Under the pieces are notes generated by a model that was not told the DNA's origin, searched no databases, and saw only the letters and a program-made list of their open reading frames with translations. From Felis catus (Eukaryota), in assembly GCF_018350175.1 (NCBI RefSeq), contig NC_058368.1:165728001-165792000 (forward strand): a stretch of 64,000 nucleotides of DNA, given 5' to 3'. The first letter of the stretch is position 1, and each line of letters opens with the position of its first letter. The position numbers and the translations under genes are program-made. Shown here in pieces: positions 52,842-64,000 of the stretch.

Positions 52842-53743
52842 AAGAAAAAAATGACTATACAAATACATAAATTCAGAATAAAAACAGAAGTAGAGGAAAT
52901 TATAAAGATAATCGAGATAAATTTTTTAAAAATGCAAAATATTTAGGAATGAATATGATGAAATACAAATACAACCTCTACATTTAAGACTATAAAATAC
53001 CGTTTAGAGGAATTACAGAGGACTCAAATAAATAGAGAGAAATATTATCCTCATGGAACAGATACAAAGCAACTTCAACAGAAATCCCAGGAGACTCTTT
53101 TTATAAAATTGATGAACTGCTTCTACAATTTTTATGATAAAACAAAGGATCTCAGAGAGCCAAAACAATTTTGAAAAGGAACAAAGATACACGATTCAAA
53201 CTATCTGATCTCAAGAATTACGATACAGCTTCAAAAATTTAGAACATGTATTATTGTGTAAGATCAATGGAATAGATTAGGATGTCTAGAAATAGATCAA
53301 CATATACATGGTTAATTGAATTTCCAAAAACTTCCCAAGATAATTCAATGGGTAAAATATAGTCTTTTGCAACAAATTGTGCTAGAACAACTGGATATAC
53401 ATACACAAACAAAAATGTGAGCTTCTAAACTTCTAACTGAAATAAAAGATTAACTTGAAGTGCATCATAAGCTTGAATGTAAGCATTGTATATAGAAGGA
53501 ATAGAATTTGTGTATAGATGGATAGAGCTTTAAAAATATATATGAGAACTTCTTTGTGATCTTTACATAGAAATAGTTTTCATAAATAAGTCACAATAAG
53601 AATAAAGTAAGTTTCATTTCATTAGAATAAAAATGCTTTTTAAACTCTGCTGTTAGGAAAATATAAAGCAAGGAACTGAAAGCAATATTTGCAACATCTA
53701 CATTTGATAAAGAACATGTATTCAGGATATTTAAGGAACTCTT

Positions 53744-53960
53744 TTTTATTAATGTTAATTAATTAATTAATTAATTTACTTATTTAGAGAGCACAAGTAG
53801 GGAAGGGGCAGAGAAAGAGGGAGAAAGAGAGAATCCCAAGCAGGCTACCCGTTGCCAGTGCAGAGCCTGATGTGGGGCTTGAACCCATGAACCGTGTGAT
53901 CATGATCGGAGCAGAAACCAAGAGATGGACACCTAATTGACTGAGCCTCCCAGGTACCCC
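53744..53960 (-). mobile_element. Can-SINE
   Basis: TSD taaggaactctt / taaagaactctt. Confidence 0.92.
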
Positions 53961-55516
53961 TAAAGAACTCTTATAATGTAATAGTAACAATAATAATGAT
54001 AACCAGATAAGATATGCTAATTGAGTAAAAGATTTGAATAAATATGTCACCAAAACAGATACAGGTACAGAAATGGCAAGTAAGCACCAAAAAGTACTCA
54101 ACATCATTAGTCACTAGGAAAGCAGAGATCAAAGCAAGTCCCAAGCTTCTTCAGGCACAGCTACAGACTAAAAAAATTTTTCTAGTCTCCATTTTAAGTA
54201 GGGAAAGAGGAAAGGAGTCATTTGGACTCTGTCCTCCAATAAACATCTGAGACTTAATACAAATTGAGAAGAGAAATATGGTAATTTTATTAAAATCCAG
54301 GTTATGATAATTTGTTACATTTAAATACGTCCACCCTATGGCGACATCTGATTTAGTGAAAAGTTTTTAAAGAAAAAACTAAATTTAAAATTTCTACACC
54401 TCTATAAATATCATTTGGACTTGTTTTGCTCAATTTGAAGAAAACATTGGGGAAAGGTCTACTATTATTTCTTAAAGAAACCTTTGTTCTCATTAATGAA
54501 AAATTGTTGCACATTTTGATGAATTTTAAACAAAAAAATGTAGGTATGTAGTTTAGCTAACAAACATTTTCTAATTTACTAACAATATCCAGATTTCAAG
54601 TTATCTACTTTATCCTTTTATGGAAGTAAAATAAATACTTAACCTGTGTACTTTAATCCTGCAGCTCTTTGGGAAATCATCCCAGAATGACGAAAAAGTA
54701 ACTGGTTCCTTTCACTATATTTGGTGTATACATGTGGTACGATGTATTTTCTCCTTGATTTCACCATTAAATACCCAACTTATGAAAAATTCAGTATCTA
54801 ATCTCCTTATTTTATGGTTCATGTGGTATTTTAAAGTGTCCATAATATAAACTGTCTCTGCAAACAGATTTACTTTTCTTAAGGAACTGTACTTGATTTA
54901 GTAAAAATCAAGACCTTGTGTGTGTGTGTTCAAAATATATATTTTAACACAGCAATTGTTTCATGAATGCTATGGTGGTATGAACAATTTAAGGTATAAT
55001 TAAATTTACTATTTTTCTAGAGAAACAGATGAATAAATGATTACATGTATCTGTGAAGTTCTATGAATTGTACCAGATCTTCTACATTTTTTAAATTGAT
55101 GAAATGTGTTTCTTCTTGAAGATCTCAGTTATTTAACATGAATTAACAAAAATGTATTATTTTAACGGGGCTAATTGGACAGTAAGAATAGTAAGAATGT
55201 GCTAATTAAGCACATTCCTAAACTCTAAAGGCCACATAACACATGGCATTTATATCCTCATACTCTAGTAAAACATAAATTTCTAAAATTTTGAATACAA
55301 ATGGTTTGATTCATGAATCTAAAATACACATATGCATGTAACCACATTGTATTTTAAGCATCTATCTTTAAATTATTAATAAGGGCATATAAAGATAAAA
55401 TATCCTATAAGATGTTTGGCACAGAGTAGAACATTAGAATATTTCTTTGGTTTTCATTTCGTTTTGTTTTGTTTTTTAATAAAGGTATAAGAAGAAATGA
55501 CAGAGGTCTTTACTTT

Positions 55517-55745
55517 GGGCCAGTTTCAATTAGACAACTTAGCTGCTTAGCGTCTGGTGCTAATGAGGTCAAGGCCAAGGACCTAATCCCCACAGGGCTA
55601 ATTAAGATTATTTTGCTTCCAGATCTCACACTAGGTATCTTGCAAAATGCCCCAGTTACAAAAGGGAAGCCAGGTGATAAAGAGTTGGTGGATCAGTAAA
55701 ATTCAGAAATCTCAGTTGGCTACTCAGGCAACATCACTGTCCTAC
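55517..55745 (+). mobile_element. MamSINE1-like ancient tRNA-Ile-derived SINE
   Basis: tggtgctaatgaggtcaagg...atcccc (tRNA-Ile-like head), then tcttgcaaaatg...caaaagggaagccagg...gtggatcag body. Confidence 0.65.
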
Positions 55746-56289
55746 TGTGGCACTATAATATTCCAGCTATACTGGTCACCCTTGGTTCTAAAATCATATT
55801 TTGTGATTTTTGGCCTTTATGTATTTTTTTTCTTTAATCCTCTGTGCCATTCATATTTGGGGGAATTAAAATTCTTATCCCTTAAATCCTAGGATATTTG
55901 GCACCTCTTCCACAAATTGTCATCACTTCATTCTCTCAAAGTACAAGAATCTTCTTTATAGCAATCATGTGATACTGGTCTGATAATTTACATATGTGAC
56001 ACAAACACTCTAAGAAAATAAATCCTTGAATTAGATATACAGTGTTGTTACTCATCTTTATAACTCAGTGTGGCTTGAACATCATCTCTTTCCATAAATA
56101 CTAGCTGAAAAGAATGAATTAAAAAGAGATAGTGAATAAGTGAGAGAATGAATGTACTTCCAGGTTGCAATTAATTGCCTGGCCCCTAATCCAGAGCATG
56201 TACTGTACCTCATGGCATAAGGTTTTATTATGAAAGATGAGTCGTTATCTCCAACTATGCTATATCTCTAATATTAATAAATAAAGTTA

Positions 56290-56414
56290 GGGACACCTGG
56301 GTGACTCCGTCAGTTAAGTGTCCAATTCTTGATTTCAGATCAGGTCATGATCTCATGGTGTGGGTGCGAGCCGGCTTGGAATTTTCACTCTCCCCCTCTC
56401 TCTCTGGGCCTCAC

Positions 56415-56462
<48 letters not shown>

Positions 56463-56495
56463 AATAAATAAACTTAAAAACATTTAAATAAATTA
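56290..56495 (+). mobile_element. Can-SINE with internal deletion and long (CT)n
   Basis: TSD aataaataaagtt on both sides. Confidence 0.9.
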
Positions 56496-56917
56496 ATAAA
56501 TAAAGTTCAAGTATCAGCCATGGTTAGTTTTTTGTTTCACTTTTATCCATAATATTTTTTAGATATTGATTACAAATACATCAGCTTCAAATAATATTAT
56601 TGGACTTTGTCTTTCTCCTAAAATGTAATTATTACATTGTTTGAAAGGATATCAGACTCAGAGAAGCTAATAAAAGGGGAAAATCCAGATATGAAAAATA
56701 GGTTTTAATTAAATAAGACAGATTCAAAGGAACCTTCTATGTGGAAAAGTCCAGCCAGAAAGCCAGTGTATTACAGGAATCACCACAGCTCATGCTTTAA
56801 TACAATTTAATAGCTACTTTTCTCTGTGTTTACTAACTCAAGATTCAAAGTCCCAAGCAGCAGAGTCCTACTGAATGGGCTTGGTTGCCAGGATGTAGAA
56901 AGAGGAAATATCTAGGT

Positions 56918-57236
56918 CTGTACTTTCAATAATGATAGGCACTAGGCATGGATGTCTACTGAGCCCTTGAAATGAGGCTGGTCCTAACCAAGATGTGCTG
57001 TGATGTAAAATACATTGGGGTCTGAAGACATAGTAAAAATTAAAAGAATATGAAAATCTCAATATTTTATATTATTTACATGTTGAAATTGGTTAAATAA
57101 AACTTCTCGTTAAAATTAAATTTACCTTTGTTAAAAAATCACTATAGCAAAAAAAAATCACTATAGCTACTAGAAAATTTAAAATTACATAGATAGTGCG
57201 CTTTAGATTTATAATTTCTCTTGGAAAATGTTGCTG
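56918..57236 (-). mobile_element. MER33 (hAT-Charlie MITE)
   Basis: gatgtgctgtgatgtaaaatac, gctactagaaaatttaaaattacat; 8-bp TSD atctaggt / atctagat; internal tandem duplication of aaaaaatcactatagc. Confidence 0.88.
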
Positions 57237-57837
57237 ATCTAGATGTTTTAGGTATTTTTAGTGAGAGATGGGACGGTGCCTACCACTTCTCCTGCCACCC
57301 AGTGTCTCCACCAAGCCTCTAAACAATAGCCGGTGACGAGGTGAGTAACCATATAGAGTGTACTTGTCTCCCATGGTTTGTGAGAGAATGTGCTTTGTGG
57401 ATGACTGATGATTTAAGAGTGAAACTTTGATAGTGCTGGGATCATTCATGGAATGGGTGCCACAGAATCACAAAAGGGCTTTAAATATTGGCTTCTGACT
57501 TTTGGTCCAACTGAAGTAATATATAACAACAGACAGATACACTGTTAAGACAGAAATATGAAGATACTCATGAACGTTTAATGTTCATCTCATAACCAGA
57601 AGTTAGTGACTATTTAAAAACTGTGGATGTAGAAAATACATTGCATTATATCTATATGTATTAAACTGTGTATATTAATTTGCTCAGTGCATGCAATTTT
57701 CTCAAGATATGTATTTAAAATAAGAGATGTATATTCAATTCTGAGAAGTTCCACCTATAACTGTAAGGGTTTCAGGTGGAAAAACAAATCCATACTGTAA
57801 AAGTTCAATATTTCCTGTTAAAATTTAGATGAAGTCA

Positions 57838-58033
57838 GGGCACCTGGGTGGGTCAGTTAAACGTCCGACTCCATTTCAGCTCATGTTATGATCTCATAGC
57901 CGTGAGATGAAGGCCCGTGTCGGGCTTTGAGCTGGGTGTGAAGCCTCCTTGAGATTCTCTCTCTCCCTCCGCCTCTCTCCAGCTCACATACATGTGCACA
58001 TGCTATTTATCTCTCTCCTTCCCTCTCTCAAAA
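57838..58033 (+). mobile_element. Can-SINE, older subfamily
   Basis: TSD aaaatttagatgaa on both sides. Confidence 0.92.
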
Positions 58034-58755
58034 AAATTTAGATGAATTCAAGTTCTCCTTATGTACCTATCTTCCCCTTTTTTCCCATTAGTATTTATTA
58101 GTGTTTCAAATAATTCTTTGTTTCTTTCCTATATAATGCCACTGATAATAATATCACGAATAAAAATATCCTCTTCCAAATATTTTATGAGCTTTCTGAT
58201 GTGACTAAAATAATTTCTGTCTTAGTTTTATCCCCCATCTCTGCTGGGTACGTAAAATATTCTCAGGTAACATTCAATGTATTGGACTGCCTCAAAAAAG
58301 GAAATGTGCAATTTGCTAGAAAAAAAGAAAAAAAAAAGGAAAAATAAAACAAGAAAGGCTAAGAATTTCATTCCAAACCATTTCTAGACATGAAGGCTGA
58401 TCTTATACTTAGGATTTGAAGGGTGGAGGAAAAGACTCTGCCTATTTCGTTACAACAAACATGTCTCAAAATTACATTACTTCATCAAGGTGAAATTTCC
58501 ATGTGAAATTTGTATGAGTGCTAATGTGTCACCTGTTTAATGGAACGTTGACTATTCACTACCAAATATATTGGAATCTCTTTATTAAGTGCACTTTTGG
58601 AAATAGGATTAACGTATACTTCAAGTTAAATATAACAAAGATCTATATGTGGCCTCATTTTGAAATAAACAGAATACTTTAGAATATATTTTTGAGTTTG
58701 GAGTTTCAATGGAACTATCCTAATCTTCATTAAACCTTATTAAATATTAAAATGA

Positions 58756-58973
58756 GGGGCTTCTGGGTGGCTCAATCTTTTAAGCATCCGTCTTCAGCAC
58801 AATCATGATTTCACAGCTCGTGAGTTCGAGCCCCATGTCAGGCTCGGTGCTGACAGCTCGCACTCTGGTACCTGCTTTGAATTCTGTCTCTCTCTCCCTA
58901 ACCCGCCTTGTTAGTGCTCTGTCTCTCTCTCTCTCTTTCAAATATAAATAAACATTATTTTTAATAAAAAAAC
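58756..58973 (+). mobile_element. Can-SINE
   Basis: TSD atattaaaatga / atattaagatga. Confidence 0.92.
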
Positions 58974-59602
58974 ATATTAAGATGATTTGTGTTTCAATTA
59001 AACATAAAATTGTAACTCCTTTGCATTTTTATTTATTTTATTTTCTTATTTGGAGAGTCTGCTGGTATTATGGTTATATTACTATGTGCTTTCAATTTGT
59101 AAATAAAAATAATTCCGTAGGGAATTTCTTAGGTAAAACGGTGAATATGTATTTGATATGTTAAGATTATTGGAGAAAGTGGAGCTATTTACAATATACT
59201 CCAGACTTATTTCCAAGACAAGAGATAGATAAAAGAAGATTACTAGAAATAAAAGACTTTAAAATTTATCATGTTGAAGAAGTTATCATCTCAATGTACT
59301 ATAGATATTAGTTAAAAGACAATTTTAGCGCTGATTTTTGTGTCATTGCAAGCCAGGAAATCTAATGAAAATTATACATTTAATTATATGATAAAATAGA
59401 AGTAGAGAAAACTTAAATTTGTATTTTTGTGTCTTTAAGGAACTCAGAAATATCTCTATCTTTAATAGAAAAATAAAGTATTTGTTTTAAAAATCCAAAG
59501 AATACTTTAAGTTTGAAACATATAGAGTCAGATTCTATCATAAAGAAGTAACAGATGATATTACTAGTGTTTCCATTTCTAACTTTTTTGTACCACTATT
59601 TA

Positions 59603-59721
<119 letters not shown>

Positions 59722-61507
59722 GAAGAGCATTCTATTTTCTGTATGTTCTGATTACGGGTAAGTTGTTATACTATATGTTACAAAGTATTATACTGTATAA
59801 AGTTATATGTAAATATAACATATGCCATATCATATGAAATATATCATTTCTATTTTATACAAATATTAATTTTACCATTATTTATAATATATAAGTTAAT
59901 TTTATACCTTATAGATTATATGTTGAAATATATGTAACATAATTTTATATAATCTTTCTCTTTCTCTCACCCTCTACAATTTCCTATCTGTATATTTGAT
60001 GTCATCAATCTGGCTGCATACCTCAACAATTTTCTCTGTATTTGTACAAAATAAAGAGTTTGTATATACATCTGTTTATACAACTTTATTGAAATAATTC
60101 ATATTCCCACATTTATTCTTTAGTTGACATACTACTAAACCTTTACATGTAAATGTAAGTGATCTTTTTAGTAACTAAAAATATTACATAGAATTGATAT
60201 TTTATTCAATTGTTTACATATATCCCTGTGTTTTTTTTTTTTTTTGTCCCCACAAAGTTTTCTCTACCAATATTTTTACTACTACAGGCAAGTCTCTCCA
60301 GAGATGAGTTTTTAGTCAAATGTATGACTGATTTAATTATTAAAATTAAAATACTTAAGAAGTCAGAATTTTTCCTTAGGAGGTTATACAATATCAAACT
60401 CTCATGTCAATGAGAGAATCTCCTCTAACTGTAATAAGCTGGATATCATGGTTGGCTTTCTTAATTTTTAAGACTCTAATGTCAAAAATGTATCTCTTTA
60501 TTCTTTCACTTTACAGTGTTCTAACTTCTAGAAAAGTTGAGCACTATAAGTTTGAATAATAAGCATCCCCCTATTTGGTTGACACTGCTAAAAACTAATT
60601 ATATTAGTAACTCAAAGGGAATGTTTTCATGAGTTTCAAGTCATACACAGCTACTCCTCCAAATAGTAAATGAAAAAATGTAAGCAACAATTTTAAAATG
60701 TTAAATTTTCTATTGTTATTACCGTATTTTAGTCTTTGAACAAATATTATTTCACAAACAAGATAAAGATTACATATTCATTCTATCTTTAGGAATGTAA
60801 AAGTTCAATTATTTCAGGTTTTATTATAACAGCTAAGCCCTAAACCCTGATACCATCTATATGAGTAAGGATTTAATTTATCTCTCTTCTTGTATCAGTA
60901 GCCTAATTAGAATTAGAAAATACAAAATTTTACTTAATATTGAGCATCTTTGCAAATGTGTAGTGGCTATATGGATTTTCTTTTCTAATTATTGTCTTTC
61001 TAAATTCTTTTCCCATTTTTTTTCTTTTTCTCCTTTTCTTTTTCTTTTTTTTGCTTTTAATGTATTTAAAATCATTATCTATAATCATAATGATATTACT
61101 ATCTTAAATGTATAAACTATATTATAATTATTTAATTTGCAACTAATACTTTCTCCTCAGATATAACATGTAACAAAAGTTCAAACTTAAAAAGCAATCT
61201 GAGATATACATGACATGTACTTTGGAAATGAATATACATTTTGCCAAAAGTTTGTCACTTTCTCAGAGTCAAAAACAGACAATTCTTTTAAATGCTAATA
61301 AATTGCATTAATTGAAAAGAAGTGGCAGGCTTTTAAAGTTATATTTTGTAGAAATTCTAATATTGCTTTCACAAAGCCTGAATAGATTGTCAGAACATAC
61401 ATATTTTAATACAGTTATTGTTTCTTTGTAACTGCCCAGTATTAGTATTTACAAATTAATTTACATGTAATTTATCAGTATCAGTCTCTATGATTTAATT
61501 GACATGA

Positions 61508-61537
61508 TTTTTTAATTTTTTAAAAATGTTTATTTAT

Positions 61538-61568
<31 letters not shown>

Positions 61569-61737
61569 TGAGCAGGGGAGAGTCAGAGAGAGAGAGAGAC
61601 GGAGATAGAATATGAAGCAGGCTTCAAGCTCTGAGCTGTCAGCACAGAGCCCAACACAGGGTTCAAACTCATGAACTATGAGATCAGGACCTGAGATGAG
61701 GTCAGACATTCAATCGACTGAGCCACCCACGTGCCCC
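61508..61737 (-). mobile_element. Can-SINE
   Basis: TSD taattgacatgattttt / taatttacataattttt. Confidence 0.93.
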
Positions 61738-64000
61738 TAATTTACATAATTTTTAAGTGACCCTTGCTGTATGGTTATATTTGTGAAGTGAAAACTTGTC
61801 TAAGATTTGAAGAAGCATATTACTACAGATCTATATGTGGAGTGAAGATGGTGTCTTTGAGCTATTGCTCTGGTCTCAGTTACCCTCTTCCTTACAAAAC
61901 GGTCCACTAGAGCTCATCACATAGGAGGGCTGTGGTGCTTGGGTGACAGTGGTTAGTTGGCAGATACTCAATGATCGGTATGGGATTCTCAGTATACGTC
62001 AAATGGATGGAGAGAATAGTCAAGACTGTGTGTATAAAGAAATGGGCACATCTGACCTGTCCCTGCAAATAGAGGTTCTAATGATTTGATGGGGGCAATA
62101 CATGCTAAGTGGTTTCATTTTCAGGGAAAAAAAAACTGTGTCCAGATAGGTTAGGGGTTCTATTCAGCCCATCTGGTCACTTGCATCAGAGCCAGTAAGA
62201 GTACAGTTCAAATGAAATGTTATTTAAAAAAAAAAGTAAGTGAATGAATAATAATTCAGTAGATGACACTGAATTTTTGTTGCAATCAAGGAATGTAAAG
62301 CACATGCATAAGAATTAATCCTTTAGCTTTAAGGATGCATGGCCACAACTAAACCGACATGGCAGAACAGAGAGTACTAGGGAAACATGACAGTGTGTTC
62401 ATATACTTCAGTATGTTATTTATGCTTGTTATGTTAGACACACGCATATATACTTCATCCTTTGCTATATTTATTTAAACCAAGCACTTGAAGAAATAAC
62501 TGAAAACATTCCAAACACAGAAGTGTTGTAATACTTCTTCCTGCTTCTTTTTTATATATACTCATTCATCCTGTGGTTCGGCATATAAATATGTGTCACT
62601 TACTAGTTAATTAAAATTACTGGATTTGTGTTCCTTGTACTAAATTAAAAAATATATATAGCTTTTGGCTATTGAATCCACCATTTCATTTTCTTTTTTT
62701 ATTATGCCTTCGTTGCGCTCACATTTTGCCAACTTCTTGAATTGTATTTAAAATTGAATAGATACTGAGGCTTATTTATTTTATTCTTTTTTTTTTTGTC
62801 TTGAGAGTATGAGATAAGTTAAGAAACACACAAACACACACATATACATAAAAAGAAAGAGTTTAGATAAGCTGTGTGTAGTCTAGAAGTTATAGAGAAG
62901 GACAGGACTTTGGAGGTTATCTAGAGTTGTCTTTATCCCCCAAAATTATCTTTATCCCCTAAAATTATTTTCTTTTGTGGATTTAGGTGAAAATGAAAAT
63001 GAAAGAAAAAGAACAGTCCTAAATTCTACTTTCAGCTCCCCAACCAACTTGTAACATGATTGTGAGCCGGATCTTAAACGCATTGTGTTTGTGTGTCTTG
63101 CCAAATAAACTACCAGATACTGCTTTGAAGAATGTGTCAAATATAATATTTGTATTCAAAACTTCAAGATTTCTGCTTGGAAATCAGAAAAGCCCAGAAG
63201 ATCTGTATGAAAAGCCACAGGGATGATAATCAAGACCTGAAGTGATTTGGAATGAACAAGTGGAAAGAAACATCATTCTAAGGTTAAACTAAACCAATCA
63301 CGACACTTAAGGAAAATTTCAGTCCTGATCGTATTTCAACAAAGAGAATTTTGATGCTGTTTACAATAAGCATAAATGCATTCAGTAATTGGAAATAAAG
63401 CCCATTAGGGAAATAAATCTGCATTGTTTTTTGGTGCAATTTGATGGGAAAAAAATTGTAACAGTAAGTTGCTGTTCACAGAAACAAAACAATTAAATTT
63501 AACCACTCGCAGAGCAAAATATTATCTATCCAGAAGTGGCAAGAGAGTTTTGCTAAGCCATCTATATATTATTGCCTGAATGTAAAATTTGTGGCTTTAG
63601 CGTGTCTGTGGACAAAGCAAAGAACTCAAATCTAGCTATTATTGAAGATTCAGCATCGGAGAAAAATTCCAAAATTTATTTGTGAATCCATAAGTAATCA
63701 CCTATTTCTCTATATATTTACTTATAAACTATAATTAATTAAAGAAATTGAAGCTTGAAGAAAGAGTGAATTTCTACAGCAAATTATAATGCTTGAATTA
63801 AAATAAAGATTAGAACCAAGAATAATGCTAAATAGGGTATATTTGTAAAGTAAAAATATTAAAACATGTGTACATAGATGATCATACTTAAGATTTATTA
63901 TTCATAACCTAAAAATGCAGCTCTAAGTTTCTTAAAAGCTGGAAGAAAACAGATTGTGCTGCCTTAGATTGAGTTTATAGTACTGTTGAATTTAATTTAC

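Larger units (their letters stand above)
50540..54140 (+). mobile_element. Highly decayed L1M (ORF1 relic 50540-50950, ORF2 relic 52850-54140) with nested inserts
   Basis: agtgaacttgaaga, aaaccccaagtagcataaac, gatcaatggaatagattag, aaattgtgctagaacaactggatat. Confidence 0.7.

Noticed and set aside
7623..52946. Many 60-120 aa ORFs sharing GAWVAQSV..SAQVMIS..AQSLEPASDSVSPSLS-type peptides
   Set aside because: They are translations of Can-SINE bodies, not a gene family
62930..62968. Short tandem duplication of tctttatcccc(c/t)aaaatta
   Set aside because: Simple slippage duplication in a probable MIR relic; only two units with no spacer, so not an array

Overview
AT-rich mammalian genomic DNA from a felid (cat family). 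The evidence is about 25 tRNA-derived Can-SINEs of the SINEC_Fc type and felid-type LINE-1. I found no recognisable host protein-coding exon, RNA gene, CpG-island promoter or viral gene, so the window reads as deep intronic or intergenic sequence. The main structure is a 14 kb nest (6835-20642). An ancient antisense L1M carries three SINEs, a Tigger-type MITE, two MLT1 LTRs (one itself holding a SINE doublet), a MER20 and a full-length but disabled 5.9 kb felid L1 (12423-18362) with a target-site duplication (TSD). The rest holds many smaller TE relics (MER53, MER33, Tigger5/MER47, MLT2, LTR33, MER54/74-like LTR, MamSINE1, MIR, L2) and microsatellites. The best observations are mechanistic: a twin-priming L1 inversion with visible microhomologies, a young tailless SINE and closely spaced inverted SINE pairs. 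A few unexplained islands look like enhancers, LTRs or exons. I see no convincing new biological system. Repeat family names come from recalled consensus sequences, not a database search, and boundaries of old repeats are approximate.
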